In this document: one piece after another, positions 1 through 11,076 of the stretch | Numbering within the stretch: the stretch's first letter is position 1 | How the letters are laid out: the number at the start of each line of letters is the position of its first letter | Assembly (NCBI GenBank): GCA_046052045.1 | Contig: JBJONB010000002.1 | Location: 7,846-71,845, forward strand | Direction: 5' to 3' | Source: Actinomycetota bacterium | GTDB taxonomy: Bacteria; Actinomycetota; Actinomycetes; Nanopelagicales; Nanopelagicaceae | Length of the DNA stretch: 64,000 bases | Translations under genes and position numbers: made by a program | The notes under the pieces: model-generated | What the model saw: only the letters and a program-made list of their open reading frames with translations | The model's database searches: none | What the model was told of the DNA's origin: nothing

Positions 1-2
1 TC

Positions 3-3000
3 CTGGCTGAAAACAATCAAGGGCTAGCTAACTTATTCAGGCTCTCATCTCTGGCATCTCTCGAAGGTTATTACTACAAGCCTCGTATGGATCGCGAACT
101 AATCTCTCGCTACGCCGATGGTCTGATTGCAACAACAGGTTGCCCAGGTGGAGAAATTCAAACCCGTCTACGTATGGGCAATTACAAAGAGGCGCTTCGT
201 GCAGCAAGTGATTACCGAGACATCTTTGGCGCCAATAACTTCTTTCTCGAAGTCATGGACCACCAAATCGATATTGAATCTCGCGTCAAGGCCGATCTTC
301 TTAAACTCGGTAAAGAACTCAAACTTCCATTGCTGGCCACAAACGATCTTCACTACACACGCCACGAAGATGCTGCAGCACACGAAGCACTTCTCTGCGT
401 GCAATCAGGATCAACTCTGGCTGACCCTAAGCGATTTAAATTCGATAACGATGAGTTCTATCTCAAGACCCCTGCACAGATGCGTGAACTCTTTAAAGAT
501 ATCCCTGAATCCTGCGATAACACTCTTCTCATCGCCGAACGTTGCAACGTCAAACTGCGCGAGAACGAAAACTTGCTTCCCGCTTTCGAAGTTCCCAAAG
601 GTGAAACTGAAGATACGTGGCTCCGTAAAGAATCCGTTCGCGGTCTCATTGAAAAGCTCGGCGAAAAAGCAACAGAGGAATATCGCACTCGCTTGCAATA
701 CGAACTCGATGTTATGGCGAAGATGGGATTCCCGGGTTACTTCCTTGTTGTGGCAGACCTTGTCGGACATGCAAAGAAAGTTGGAATTCGCGTAGGCCCA
801 GGTCGTGGTTCTGCAGCAGGTTCACTCGTTGCATATGCGCTCGGAATTACAGGTCTTGATCCCATCGAACACGGTCTCTTGTTTGAACGATTCCTTAATC
901 CAGAACGTATCTCTATGCCTGATATCGATCTCGACTTCGACGAACGTCGTCGCTCAGAGATGATCCGTTATGCAACTGAAAAGTATGGCGAAGATCGCGT
1001 AGCTCAGATCATTACCTACGGAACAATTAAATCTAAGCAATCACTTAAAGATGCAACGCGCGTTCTTGGATATCCCTATGCAATCGGCGAAAAGCTCACC
1101 AAGGCACTTCCACCTTCAGTTATGGGTAAAGACATCACACTTTCTGGTGTTTTCGACTCAAAGGATGCGCGCCATGGCGAAGCAGGTGAATTCCGCCAGT
1201 TGTATGAAAGCGACCCTGATTCAAAGCGCGTCGTTGATTTAGCAAAGGGCCTTGAAGGTCTTAAGCGCCAGTGGGGAGTGCATGCTGCAGGTGTCATTCT
1301 TTCTCGTGAACCTTTGCTAGATGTTATTCCTATCCATCGCCGTGAAGCAGATGGCGCAATCATCACGCAGTTCGATATGGGTGCTTGCGAATCTACTGGG
1401 CTTCTCAAGATGGACTTCCTCGGTCTTCGAAACCTATCTGTGCTAGATGATGCACTACTTAATATCAAAGCCAATCAAGGTATTGATGTCGTTCTTGAAG
1501 ATCTACCACTCAGCGATCAGAAGACATTCGAACTTCTCTCACGTGGCGATACCTTGGGCGTATTCCAGCTCGACGGCGGGCCTATGCGTGCACTTCTTCG
1601 CAGCATGGCACCTGATTCATTTGCCGATATCTCTGCGGTGATCGCGCTCTATCGTCCAGGACCAATGGGCGAGAACGCACACAATAACTATGCCGATCGT
1701 AAGAATGGCCGCAAACCTGTCGAACCAATTCACCCTGAACTCTCTGAACCACTGCAAGAGATTCTTGGTGACACTTACGGTCTCATTGTTTATCAAGAAC
1801 AAGTTATGGCGATTGCCCAGAAAGTTGCTGGCTTTACTCTCGGCCGCGCAGATCTATTGCGTAAGGCGATGGGTAAGAAGAATAAAGAGATCCTTGATAA
1901 GGAGTACATCCCATTCGAAGCTGGTATGAAGGAGAATGGTTTCTCTGTCAGCGCTATTAAGCGACTCTGGGAAGTTCTGATTCCGTTCTCGGATTACGCA
2001 TTTAACCGCGCACATAGCGCCGGTTACGGTGTTGTCTCTTTCTGGACCGCCTACCTCAAAGCGAATTATCCAACTGAGTACATGGCAGCACTTCTTACCA
2101 GCGTGCGCGATGATAAAGATAAGTCTGCGCTCTATCTCTCCGAGTGCCGCCGCATGGGAATCAAGGTTCTTCCACCCGATGTGAACGAATCAGATGCTGA
2201 ATACACCCCTCGCGGAAAAGATATTCGCTTTGGTTTGGCTGCAATTCGTAACGTAGGTGAAGGAGTTGTTGCTTCCGTAAAGGCAGCTCGCGAGAGCAAG
2301 GGAGCGTTCGCCTCCTTCGGAGATTTCCTCGCAAAGGTAGATGCCAACGTCTGCAATAAGAAGACCATTGAATCTCTCATCAAAGCTGGCGCATTCGATT
2401 CACTTCAACATCCTCGTAAGGGGCTCATGGCTATCCACCTCGAAGCTATTGATTCAGTGATTGAAACAAAGCGCGCTGAAGCCATTGGCCAGTTCGATCT
2501 CTTCGGTGGAGATTCGATTACGCAAGTTGCAGGTCTTGATATTGAAATCCCCACAACTGAATGGGATAAATCAACGCTCCTTACATTCGAACGCGAAATG
2601 TTGGGTCTCTACGTTTCAGACCATCCACTCTTAGGCGTTGAACATGTCCTTCGTTCACATACAGATATGTCTATCAGTCAGCTCCTCGATGATGGCCCAC
2701 AAGATGGCATGGTCACTATTGGCGGATTGATCACTGGCATTCAACGAAAAGTTTCCCGCCAAGGAGCATCATGGGCAGTAGTAAACGTAGAGGACCTAGA
2801 AGGTGCAATCGAAGTTCTCTTCTTCTCAAATACTTACAACCAATATGCCCTTTCACTGACCGAAGATCGTGTAGTTGTTGTTCGCGGGCGATTCTCACGA
2901 ACCGATGAACAAGTTCGATTTACCGCCCTTGAAATGAAGATGCCAGATATTTCAGCAGCTCCTACAGGTCCACTTCTCATCTCTTTGCCAGCAGCTCAAG

Positions 3001-3191
3001 TAACTCCACCTATTGTTGAACGAATGAAAGAGATCCTTCGTTCACATCCAGGAAAACGTGAAGTTCATCTGCAAGTCATTGATCAACAGAAATCAACAAC
3101 TCTCAAAATTGACGCGCTAGTAACTTCATCGCCAAGTTTGAGCGCAGATCTCAAGGCAATTCTTGGGTCTGACTGTCTCATCAGGATTTAA
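3..3191 (+). CDS. dnaE: DNA polymerase III alpha subunit (5'-partial; frame is open from the window start)
   Basis: PHP motifs TTGC and TNDLHY, GPGRGSAAGS, PDIDLDF catalytic motif, C-terminal OB fold. The frame reads LAENNQGLANLFRLSS...KPRM upstream of the Met at 87. Confidence 0.98.
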   Translation: MAENNQGLANLFRLSSLASLEGYYYKPRMDRELISRYADGLIATTGCPGGEIQTRLRMGNYKEALRAASDYRDIFGANNFFLEVMDHQIDIESRVKADLLKLGKELKLPLLATNDLHYTRHEDAAAHEALLCVQSGSTLADPKRFKFDNDEFYLKTPAQMRELFKDIPESCDNTLLIAERCNVKLRENENLLPAFEVPKGETEDTWLRKESVRGLIEKLGEKATEEYRTRLQYELDVMAKMGFPGYFLVVADLVGHAKKVGIRVGPGRGSAAGSLVAYALGITGLDPIEHGLLFERFLNPERISMPDIDLDFDERRRSEMIRYATEKYGEDRVAQIITYGTIKSKQSLKDATRVLGYPYAIGEKLTKALPPSVMGKDITLSGVFDSKDARHGEAGEFRQLYESDPDSKRVVDLAKGLEGLKRQWGVHAAGVILSREPLLDVIPIHRREADGAIITQFDMGACESTGLLKMDFLGLRNLSVLDDALLNIKANQGIDVVLEDLPLSDQKTFELLSRGDTLGVFQLDGGPMRALLRSMAPDSFADISAVIALYRPGPMGENAHNNYADRKNGRKPVEPIHPELSEPLQEILGDTYGLIVYQEQVMAIAQKVAGFTLGRADLLRKAMGKKNKEILDKEYIPFEAGMKENGFSVSAIKRLWEVLIPFSDYAFNRAHSAGYGVVSFWTAYLKANYPTEYMAALLTSVRDDKDKSALYLSECRRMGIKVLPPDVNESDAEYTPRGKDIRFGLAAIRNVGEGVVASVKAARESKGAFASFGDFLAKVDANVCNKKTIESLIKAGAFDSLQHPRKGLMAIHLEAIDSVIETKRAEAIGQFDLFGGDSITQVAGLDIEIPTTEWDKSTLLTFEREMLGLYVSDHPLLGVEHVLRSHTDMSISQLLDDGPQDGMVTIGGLITGIQRKVSRQGASWAVVNVEDLEGAIEVLFFSNTYNQYALSLTEDRVVVVRGRFSRTDEQVRFTALEMKMPDISAAPTGPLLISLPAAQVTPPIVERMKEILRSHPGKREVHLQVIDQQKSTTLKIDALVTSSPSLSADLKAILGSDCLIRI

Positions 3192-3219
3192 AGGGTCTTC
3201 GCCCTCTCGCAACACAAAG

Positions 3220-3225
3220 TAGAAT
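3220..3225 (+). promoter_or_regulatory. putative -10 (TAGAAT) for leaderless hisD
   Basis: TAGAAT-N6-GTG; no SD. Confidence 0.6.
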
Positions 3226-3231
3226 CCCACT

Positions 3232-4539
3232 GTGATTCGCACCGTTGACCTTCGTGGAAAGTCTCTCGACAAAGCTGGCTATCAAGCCGAGCTTCCACGC
3301 GCGCAACTCGATGTTGCACAAGCGATGGTTCTCATCGAACCGATTCTCCGTCGTGTGCAGCATGGAACTGAGGCAGATCTGATCGCTCTAGCCCAAGAGT
3401 TTGATGGCGTAACGCCTGCATCAATCCGAGTTCCACAATCGGCACTTGATCAAGCGCTAGCTCAATTACACCCTGCAATTCGCAGCGCACTCGAAGAATC
3501 TGCATCACGTATTCGTAAAGTGCATAACGATCAAGTCCGCGGGGAAACCCGAACAACAGTTGTCGATGGCGGTACTGTTACTGAGAAGTGGGTCCCTGTA
3601 GATCGCGTGGGTCTCTATGTCCCGGGTGGTCGCGCGGTCTATCCAAGCAGCGTCATGATGAATGTGATTCCCGCTCAGATTGCAAAGGTGCAGAGCATCG
3701 CAGTTGCATCTCCACCACAGAAAGAATTCGGCGGACTTCCGCACCCAACAATCCTTGCAACCTGCGCGCTCCTTGGAGTCACCGAGGTCTATGCAGTTGG
3801 GGGAGCGCAAGCAATTGCCCTCTTTGGATATGGAATGAAGGGCGTTGCACAGAAGTGTGACCTCGTGACTGGTCCCGGAAATATTTATGTGGCAGCAGCT
3901 AAGCGCGCATTGCGTGGAATCATCGGTATCGATTCAGAGGCGGGCCCAACAGAGATCGCAATTCTTGCCGACGAAAGTGCAATCGCCGCAGATGTCGCAG
4001 CTGACCTCATTAGCCAAGCTGAACACGATGTCATTGCAGCAGCAGTCCTTGTGACAACATCAACCCAGCTTGCCAAAGATGTAGAAGTTGAACTTGAGAA
4101 GCGTGTTGCGGCAACTAAACACTCAGAACGTATTCGTACCGCGCTTACCGGAATTCAATCAGCAATTGTCTTGGTTGATTCAATCGAACAAGGTCTCGAT
4201 GTAGTAAATGCTTACGCAGCAGAGCACCTTGAAATTCAGACAGAGAACGCAGCACGCGATGCTGCGCAGATTCGCAATGCCGGTGCAGTATTCATTGGTC
4301 GTTTCTCGCCGGTTTCACTAGGAGATTACTCAGCTGGTTCAAACCACGTTCTACCTACTGGTGGATGTGCCTGCCACAGCAGCGGCCTCTCTGTGCAAAC
4401 TTTCTTGCGCGGACTTCACTTCATTGAGTATGACCAGAAAGCATTTACGGACATTCTCGATACCGTTGTCACGCTTGCTAACTCTGAAGATCTCCCTGCC
4501 CACGGTGAAGCGATGACAGCACGTTTGGAGAATCTATGA
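3232..4539 (+). CDS. hisD: histidinol dehydrogenase
   Basis: [27 protein letters not shown] and [13 protein letters not shown] motifs. Confidence 0.97.
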   Translation: MIRTVDLRGKSLDKAGYQAELPRAQLDVAQAMVLIEPILRRVQHGTEADLIALAQEFDGVTPASIRVPQSALDQALAQLHPAIRSALEESASRIRKVHNDQVRGETRTTVVDGGTVTEKWVPVDRVGLYVPGGRAVYPSSVMMNVIPAQIAKVQSIAVASPPQKEFGGLPHPTILATCALLGVTEVYAVGGAQAIALFGYGMKGVAQKCDLVTGPGNIYVAAAKRALRGIIGIDSEAGPTEIAILADESAIAADVAADLISQAEHDVIAAAVLVTTSTQLAKDVEVELEKRVAATKHSERIRTALTGIQSAIVLVDSIEQGLDVVNAYAAEHLEIQTENAARDAAQIRNAGAVFIGRFSPVSLGDYSAGSNHVLPTGGCACHSSGLSVQTFLRGLHFIEYDQKAFTDILDTVVTLANSEDLPAHGEAMTARLENL

Positions 4540-5624
4540 ACCAGTGGCCAGCATGGCTTCCACTTCGCCAAAATCTTCGCGAACTCTCACCGTATGGAGC
4601 GCCGCAAATTCCTGCAGATGCTGTGATGAATACCAACGAGAATCCATATGCGCCTTCACCCGCTCTTGCAAAGGCGATTGCTGATCGAGTCTCAGAAGTA
4701 GCGCTCACTCTCAATCGTTACCCAGATCGTGATGCAGTCGTTCTGCGCATCAAGCTTGCTGAGTTCATTAATGGTCTATCTGGAACAGAATTCAATTCAA
4801 AGAATCTATGGGCTGCAAATGGCAGCAATGAAATTATTCAATCTCTCTTCATGGCTTTCGGAGGCGGAACAGCTCTCGGCTTTACTCCTTCTTACTCAAT
4901 GCACCCGTTGATTGCCAAGGTCACTCAAGTGCAGTGGCTCAATGGAAGTCGCCGCGAAGATTTCAGTCTTGATATCGACTCTGCAATCTCGCAAATTCAA
5001 CGCGATAAGCCAACGCTTACATTTATCACAACACCAAATAATCCGACGGGGTCTGCAGTCACCATCGATGAAATCGAGAAGATGGCAAGACTTACTTCTG
5101 GCTTATTGATTGTCGATGAGGCATATGCCGAATTTTCTGAGGAAAAATCAGCGGTAACGCTCATTAAGAAATATCCGCATGTGGTTGTTATTCGCACCAT
5201 GAGTAAGGCCTTTGCATTTGCAGGAGTTCGTCTTGGTTATCTGGTTGCAGACCCTGCCGTCATCGATGCAATGTTTCTTGTTCGCCTGCCGTATCACCTC
5301 AGTGCACTCACGCAGGCAGCTGGTGAAGTCGCACTTGATTTCAAGGATGAGCTACTTGGCACAGTTGCCCAACTTCGCACCGATCGCGATCGTGTTGCAG
5401 CGCAACTTACCGATATAGGGCTCACCGTCATTCCGAGCGCATCCAACTTCCTTCTCTTCTCAGGATTCGATATGCCATCGGCGCAGCTCTGGCAGGCGAT
5501 GCTCGATAGGGGAGTTCTCATCAGAGATGTGGGATTATTGGGTTACTTAAGAGTCACCATTGGCAATGAGGCCGAAAACACCAAGTTTATTTCAACGCTA
5601 TCGGCATGCCTGGGAGAAAAATGA
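4536..5624 (+). CDS. hisC: histidinol-phosphate aminotransferase
   Basis: NTNENPY, PNNPTG, DEAY and RTMSKAF (PLP lysine); his operon context. Confidence 0.96.
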   Translation: MNQWPAWLPLRQNLRELSPYGAPQIPADAVMNTNENPYAPSPALAKAIADRVSEVALTLNRYPDRDAVVLRIKLAEFINGLSGTEFNSKNLWAANGSNEIIQSLFMAFGGGTALGFTPSYSMHPLIAKVTQVQWLNGSRREDFSLDIDSAISQIQRDKPTLTFITTPNNPTGSAVTIDEIEKMARLTSGLLIVDEAYAEFSEEKSAVTLIKKYPHVVVIRTMSKAFAFAGVRLGYLVADPAVIDAMFLVRLPYHLSALTQAAGEVALDFKDELLGTVAQLRTDRDRVAAQLTDIGLTVIPSASNFLLFSGFDMPSAQLWQAMLDRGVLIRDVGLLGYLRVTIGNEAENTKFISTLSACLGEK

Positions 5625-6208
5625 GCAGAACATCACGAGTCGAACGCACTACGAAAGAATCAAGCGTTCTTGTAGAACTCAATCTCGATGGAACTGGCGA
5701 GATTTCAGTTGATACTGGAGTCCCATTCTTTGATCACATGCTCAGTCAACTTGGTAAGCATTCTGGCTTTAACCTCACCGTGAAGACAACAGGTGATGTC
5801 GATGTCGATTCACACCACACCGTTGAAGATACTTCACTCGCATTTGGCCAAGCACTGCGCGAAGCTCTGGGCGACAAGGCAGGCATTCGCCGCTTCGGTG
5901 ATGCGATGGTGCCACTTGATGAAGTTCTCGTGCAGGCAGCTGTCGATCTTTCGGGTCGTCCATACCTTGTGCATCGCCAACCTGAAATCGTCGAACTTAT
6001 CGGAACATTCGATACAACTCTTGGAAAGCACATCTGGGAATCCATCGTTGCAGAAGCGCGCATAGCACTCCACGTGCGCGTTCTCGAAGGCCGCAATGCT
6101 CATCACGTCTTTGAAGCACAATTCAAAGCTGTTGCTCGCGCACTTCGTGACGCTGTTGCACTCGATGGTCGTGTTGCAGGGATTCCATCTACAAAGGGCT
6201 CTCTCTAA
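5621..6208 (+). CDS. hisB: imidazoleglycerol-phosphate dehydratase (monofunctional)
   Basis: [16 protein letters not shown] and NAHHVFEA motifs; ATG at 5621 overlaps the hisC stop (ATGA). Confidence 0.96.
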   Translation: MSRTSRVERTTKESSVLVELNLDGTGEISVDTGVPFFDHMLSQLGKHSGFNLTVKTTGDVDVDSHHTVEDTSLAFGQALREALGDKAGIRRFGDAMVPLDEVLVQAAVDLSGRPYLVHRQPEIVELIGTFDTTLGKHIWESIVAEARIALHVRVLEGRNAHHVFEAQFKAVARALRDAVALDGRVAGIPSTKGSL

Positions 6209-6213
6209 CGTTC

Positions 6214-6807
6214 GTGATTGCAATTCTCGATTACGGATCTGGCAATCTACGTTCTGCTCAACGCGCCTTTGAAACTTCTGGCAAAGAAGTTGTACTGACA
6301 TCTGATTACGAAGTTGCACTCAACGCCGACGGCCTTGTAGTTCCTGGAGTCGGGGCATTTGCTGCCTGTATGCAAGGACTTGCTGGTGTTCGCGGAGATC
6401 AACTTGTTCGTGAGCGAATTTCCTTAAAGCGTCCTTCTTTAGGTATCTGTGTTGGCATGCAGATTCTCTTTGCCCGCGGTGTCGAACATGGCAGCCATGA
6501 AGGTGTTGGCGTCTGGGATGCAACGGTGGAAAAACTTGAGGCTCCGATATTGCCGCACATGGGATGGAACACCGTTTCTGCTGGGGCTGCAAGTTCACTC
6601 TTTAAAGGCGTTGAAAATGAATCGTTCTACTTCGTACATTCGTACGCAGTGAAGAAGAAGGTTGGTGCAATCGCGACGATGGCGCACCACGGTCAAGATT
6701 TCCTTGCAGCAGTTGAAGATGGTGTCATTGCAGCGACGCAATTTCATCCAGAAAAATCCGGAGATGCAGGACTGCATTTGATTAAGAATTGGACGGACTC
6801 GCTATGA
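6214..6807 (+). CDS. hisH: imidazole glycerol phosphate synthase glutaminase subunit
   Basis: DYGSGN, PGVGAF, GICVGMQ, PHMGWN and QFHPEKS motifs. Confidence 0.96.
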   Translation: MIAILDYGSGNLRSAQRAFETSGKEVVLTSDYEVALNADGLVVPGVGAFAACMQGLAGVRGDQLVRERISLKRPSLGICVGMQILFARGVEHGSHEGVGVWDATVEKLEAPILPHMGWNTVSAGAASSLFKGVENESFYFVHSYAVKKKVGAIATMAHHGQDFLAAVEDGVIAATQFHPEKSGDAGLHLIKNWTDSL

Positions 6808-7529
6808 GCTACCTCGAACTTTTACCTGCAGTCGATGTAAAAGATGGACGCGCTGTCCGCCTCGTACAAGGCGAGCTTGATGCTGAAACTGCTTACGGAA
6901 ACCCACTTGAAGTTGCTCTCGAATTCCAGGCAGCCGGCGCTGAATGGCTCCACCTTGTAGATCTCGATGCAGCATTTGGCCGCGGAGAAAATAGCGCACT
7001 GCTTGCCGAAGTAGTTGGAAAACTTGATATCAAAGTCGAACTCTCAGGTGGAATTCGCGATGATGAATCTCTTCGTCGCGCACTTGCAACTGGTTGTGTT
7101 CGCGTCAACCTTGGTACAGCAGCACTCGAAAATCCCGAATGGACTGCGCGCGTAATTGCCGAACACGGAGATCGCATCGCAGTAGGTCTTGATGTTCGCG
7201 GGCATGTTCTTGCAGCACGTGGTTGGACCAAAGAAGGCGGCGATCTCTTTGAAACTATCGAACGCCTTGAGCGCGATGGTTGTTCTCGTTATGTAGTTAC
7301 TGATGTTACTAAGGATGGAACCCTTAAAGGACCAAACCTGGAACTACTTCAAGAAGTCTGCGCAGTCACTAAGAAACCTGTTGTCGCATCTGGTGGTATT
7401 TCTTCCCTTGATGACATCGCAGCCCTTACTGCCCTTAATGCAATCGGTGTTGAAGGTGCAATTGTCGGTAAGGCTCTCTATGCTGGCGCATTCACACTCG
7501 AGCAAGCGCTAGAGCTAACTCGCCGATGA
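6804..7529 (+). CDS. priA: bifunctional HisA/TrpF isomerase PriA
   Basis: [25 protein letters not shown] and ARGW motifs as in actinobacterial PriA; ATG at 6804 in an ATGA overlap; no trpF in the adjacent trp cluster. Confidence 0.9.
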   Translation: MSYLELLPAVDVKDGRAVRLVQGELDAETAYGNPLEVALEFQAAGAEWLHLVDLDAAFGRGENSALLAEVVGKLDIKVELSGGIRDDESLRRALATGCVRVNLGTAALENPEWTARVIAEHGDRIAVGLDVRGHVLAARGWTKEGGDLFETIERLERDGCSRYVVTDVTKDGTLKGPNLELLQEVCAVTKKPVVASGGISSLDDIAALTALNAIGVEGAIVGKALYAGAFTLEQALELTRR

Positions 7530-8299
7530 CACTTTCTGTTCGCATTATTCCTTGCCTGGATGTCACAGACGGCCGTGTTGTGAAGGGCGTTAACTTCACC
7601 GATCTCGTTGATGCCGGAGACCCCGTTGAGATGGCTTCGCTCTACGGTCGCGAGGGCGCGGACGAATTAACCTTCCTTGATATTTCAGCAAGTGTTGCAG
7701 GGCGCGAAACAACTCTTGATGTAGTTCGCAAAACAGCTGAACAAGTATTTATCCCGCTCACAGTTGGTGGTGGAATTCGCACAGTCGATGATGTTGACCG
7801 CTTGCTTCGCGCAGGTGCTGACAAAGTTTCAATCAATACTGCAGCTCTTGCTCGCCCCGAATTGATCGCTGAGATTGCAGATCGCTTTGGTTCACAAGTA
7901 TTGGTGCTATCTGTTGATGCGCGTCGCGCCCGTACCGATTCAGGTTTTGAAGTGACAACTCATGGCGGCCGCGAATCCGCGGGTGTCGATGCACTCGCCT
8001 GGGTAGAAAAGGCTTGCGCGCTTGGCGTTGGTGAAATTCTTCTCAACTCTATGGATGCTGATGGAACTCGCGCCGGATATGACATCGGAATGATTACCGC
8101 TGTCCGCGCCGTCTCAAAGGTTCCGCTGATTGCCAGTGGTGGCGCCGGCACCCTCGAAGATTTCGCATCGGCACTCGATGCCGGAGCTGATGCGCTCCTT
8201 GCGGCAAGCGTCTTCCACTTCGGAATTCACCGTATCGGCGATGTGAAGAAGTACCTTTCTGGCCAGAATTATTCAGTGCGCAATGCACATACGGCCTAA
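7526..8299 (+). CDS. hisF: imidazole glycerol phosphate synthase cyclase subunit
   Basis: [25 protein letters not shown] and SMDADGT motifs. Confidence 0.97.
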   Translation: MTLSVRIIPCLDVTDGRVVKGVNFTDLVDAGDPVEMASLYGREGADELTFLDISASVAGRETTLDVVRKTAEQVFIPLTVGGGIRTVDDVDRLLRAGADKVSINTAALARPELIAEIADRFGSQVLVLSVDARRARTDSGFEVTTHGGRESAGVDALAWVEKACALGVGEILLNSMDADGTRAGYDIGMITAVRAVSKVPLIASGGAGTLEDFASALDAGADALLAASVFHFGIHRIGDVKKYLSGQNYSVRNAHTA

Positions 8300-8301
8300 G
8301 G

Positions 8302-8307
8302 CAGAAT
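8302..8307 (+). promoter_or_regulatory. putative -10 (ggCAGAAT) for leaderless hisI
   Basis: CAGAAT-N6-ATG; the same 13-mer occurs at 42383. Confidence 0.45.
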
Positions 8308-8313
8308 ACGCAT

Positions 8314-8658
8314 ATGAGCACAGAGCTAAGCCCCGAGATTTCTGCGCTTCTCAAAGATCCTGCAGCGCTCATTCCAGCCGTTGCACAAGATGTCCACTCA
8401 GGTGAAGTTTTGATGCTCGCCTACGTCAATGCGCAATCACTGGCTGCAACTCTTGCGACAGGGCGTGCAACATATTGGTCACGTAGCCGCAATAAACTCT
8501 GGGAAAAGGGCGCAACTTCTGGCCATACCCAACTTGTTCATTCAATCTCTCTCGATTGCGACGGAGATGCACTTCTATTCAAGGTTGAACAAACCGGTGC
8601 TGCCTGTCACACAGGTGATCGCACCTGCTTCCACAGAAATATCGAGATCACGCGATGA
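8314..8658 (+). CDS. hisI: phosphoribosyl-AMP cyclohydrolase
   Basis: YWSRSR, KGATSG, DCDGD and [10 protein letters not shown] motifs. Confidence 0.96.
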   Translation: MSTELSPEISALLKDPAALIPAVAQDVHSGEVLMLAYVNAQSLAATLATGRATYWSRSRNKLWEKGATSGHTQLVHSISLDCDGDALLFKVEQTGAACHTGDRTCFHRNIEITR

Positions 8659-10139
8659 AGCTTGAAGAATTTCGCGAATACGCGAAGAACAACAACGTGA
8701 TTCCTGTCTATCGCAAACTATTAGGCGATGGTGAAACCCCACTTAACATTTATAAGAAGCTTGCAAAGAACTTGCCCGGAACATTTCTTTTGGAATCTGC
8801 CGAGCATGGGGGAGTCTGGTCTCGCTACTCATTTATTGGCGCACACAGCCAGACAACGCTGACCGAAAAAGATGGTGTCGCGGTATGGCTTGGAAAGCCA
8901 CCTGCGGGAGTTCCGCAAGGAATGAATCCTCTTGAAGCTCTGCGTAAATCAGTTGCACACCTGAAGTCTCCAAAGATTGAAGGGCTTCCAACTCTTACGG
9001 GTGGCCTCGTTGGATATATGGGATATGACTCTGTGCGCAGGCTCGAAAAGATTTCTAATCTTGCGACAAAGGACATCGATCTTCCAGAAATCGCATTTAT
9101 GTTAACGAGTGATTTAGCTGTGATGGATCACAGCGAAGGAACCATCACCTTGATTGCAAATGCAATTAACTGGGATGGCTCAAACGAGCGCATCGATGAA
9201 TCCTATGCAGATGCGGTATCTCGTCTTGATCGCATGCAAGCAGAACTTCTGGCGCCTCTTGCTGGAGATGTCTCAAAGATTCCTGCAAAGACAGCGCCTC
9301 AATTTGATCGCAATATGAGCGCCGAAGAATTCATGTCTAAGGTAGAAATTGCCAAAGAAGAGATTCGCGCAGGTGAAGCGTTCCAGATAGTTCTTTCACA
9401 GCGATTCTCAATGCCATGCGCAGCCGATGCGCTCGATGTGTATCGCATGCTTCGCCTAAATAATCCAAGCCCCTATATGTATCTCTTTAGATTTGAAGAT
9501 GGAATCGAAGTCGTTGGTTCAAGCCCAGAAGCACTCGTTAAGGTAACTGGGACCGAAGTCATGGTGCATCCAATCGCTGGAACACGTCGTCGTTCTGCAT
9601 CTGTTGAAGAAGATATTCGCCTTGGAGAAGAGCTTCTCGCCGATCCTAAGGAGCGCGCTGAGCACCTAATGCTCGTTGACTTAGGCCGAAATGATCTTGG
9701 CCGCGTATGTGCACCCGGAAGCGTCGAAGTAATCGATTTCATGCACATTGAACGCTATTCACACGTCATGCATATTGTTTCTACAGTCATCGGAAAGCTC
9801 GGCAAAGATTCAACTCCTATCGACGCACTCTTCTCGGTCTTTCCTGCCGGAACTCTTTCAGGTGCACCAAAGCCACGCGCCATGGAGATAATTGAAACTC
9901 TCGAACCAACACGCCGCGGACTTTATGGTGGCGCTATCGGTTACTTCGACTTTACAGGAAATATTGATGCTTGTATCGCGATTCGTACAGCGCTGCTTCA
10001 TAAAGGTACTGCATACGTTCAAGCCGGAGCAGGACTTGTCGCAGATTCAGATCCAGCTTCTGAAAATGAAGAGACTCTCAATAAGGCAGCTGCCGTTCTT
10101 GGCGCAATTACTGCCGCTAATGAAATGAAGCGCAGTTAA
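8655..10139 (+). CDS. trpE: anthranilate synthase component I
   Basis: LLESA (Trp feedback site), [24 protein letters not shown] and GTLSGAPK motifs. Confidence 0.96.
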   Translation: MKLEEFREYAKNNNVIPVYRKLLGDGETPLNIYKKLAKNLPGTFLLESAEHGGVWSRYSFIGAHSQTTLTEKDGVAVWLGKPPAGVPQGMNPLEALRKSVAHLKSPKIEGLPTLTGGLVGYMGYDSVRRLEKISNLATKDIDLPEIAFMLTSDLAVMDHSEGTITLIANAINWDGSNERIDESYADAVSRLDRMQAELLAPLAGDVSKIPAKTAPQFDRNMSAEEFMSKVEIAKEEIRAGEAFQIVLSQRFSMPCAADALDVYRMLRLNNPSPYMYLFRFEDGIEVVGSSPEALVKVTGTEVMVHPIAGTRRRSASVEEDIRLGEELLADPKERAEHLMLVDLGRNDLGRVCAPGSVEVIDFMHIERYSHVMHIVSTVIGKLGKDSTPIDALFSVFPAGTLSGAPKPRAMEIIETLEPTRRGLYGGAIGYFDFTGNIDACIAIRTALLHKGTAYVQAGAGLVADSDPASENEETLNKAAAVLGAITAANEMKRS

Positions 10140-10297
10140 TGTTCAAATTAGGAATCTCACTATTGCTCGTCTCAGTTCTGGCGATTGCAATCAGTCGAAA
10201 AATTCGCCTCTCGGCTCGTTACGAACGCGAACCAAAGAAGCTCACGCCCTGGAACGCAATGGATAAAGGAATTGATCCAACTGAGGACCGCACATGA
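10139..10297 (+). CDS. 52-aa single-TM protein; minimal Trp-biosynthesis-associated membrane protein (TIGR02234-like)
   Basis: Translated by hand as [57 protein letters not shown] overlap with trpE and ATGA overlap with trpC. C-terminal SARYER...W.A.D.G.DPT motif. Confidence 0.85.
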   Translation: MFKLGISLLLVSVLAIAISRKIRLSARYEREPKKLTPWNAMDKGIDPTEDRT

Positions 10298-11067
10298 GCG
10301 TTCTTGATTCCATCATTGAAGGCGTTCGCGAAGATCTAGCTGCACGCCGCCTTCCGCTGGCGCAGATTCATAAGCGCATGGAAGAAGCAGGGCCAGCACT
10401 TGATGCGCATTCATTCTTATCTCGAGATGAGATGAATGTAATTGCAGAAGTAAAGCGTTCATCTCCAAGTAAGGGAGAGCTCGCGACAATCACAGATCCA
10501 GCTTCTCTTGCCGAGCAATATCAAGAAGCAGGCGCTGCTGCCGTCAGCGTTCTGACTGAACGGCGTCGCTTCGGTGGCTCACTCGAAGATCTTGATGCTG
10601 TACGAAAGCGCATCTCAATTCCCGTACTCCGTAAAGATTTTATGGTCGATGAATATCAGTTCTTAGAAGCGCGTGCACATGGCGCAGATATTGTCCTTCT
10701 CATCGTGGCAGCGTTATCAAAGAGCCAGCTCAGAGATTTCTACGATCTAGCAACTGAATTGGGAATGGCTTCTCTTATTGAAGTTCATACCGCGCAAGAA
10801 CTCGAGAGCGCGATGGATATCGAACCGCGCATCATCGGCGTTAATTCACGGAATCTGAAAACCCTCGATGTCGATAGCGCCGCATTTGCAGACCTCATCC
10901 CGCGTATTCCAGCTGATGTGATTCGGGTCGCTGAATCAGGTATCGCAACACGTTCAGACGTTGAGTTCGCTCAGAACGCTGGTGCAACTGCAATCTTGGT
11001 CGGGGAAACTCTTGTGAAATCTGGGAATCCAATTTCTGCCATGCAGGAACTACTGGGTCGCCGGTAG
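10294..11067 (+). CDS. trpC: indole-3-glycerol phosphate synthase
   Basis: IAEVKRSSPSKG, SVLTE, LRKDF and VAESGI motifs. Confidence 0.97.
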   Translation: MSVLDSIIEGVREDLAARRLPLAQIHKRMEEAGPALDAHSFLSRDEMNVIAEVKRSSPSKGELATITDPASLAEQYQEAGAAAVSVLTERRRFGGSLEDLDAVRKRISIPVLRKDFMVDEYQFLEARAHGADIVLLIVAALSKSQLRDFYDLATELGMASLIEVHTAQELESAMDIEPRIIGVNSRNLKTLDVDSAAFADLIPRIPADVIRVAESGIATRSDVEFAQNAGATAILVGETLVKSGNPISAMQELLGRR

Positions 11068-11070
11068 TCT
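11065..11070 (+). promoter_or_regulatory. putative internal -10 (ggTAGTCT) for leaderless trpB, sharing the trpC TAG stop
   Basis: TAGTCT-N6-ATG; no SD. Confidence 0.55.
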
Positions 11071-11076
11071 TTCGCC

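Noticed and set aside
127-795. 222-aa alternative-frame ORF inside dnaE
   Set aside because: Overlaps a conserved essential gene in another frame, has no recognisable motifs, and is consistent with a codon-bias shadow ORF
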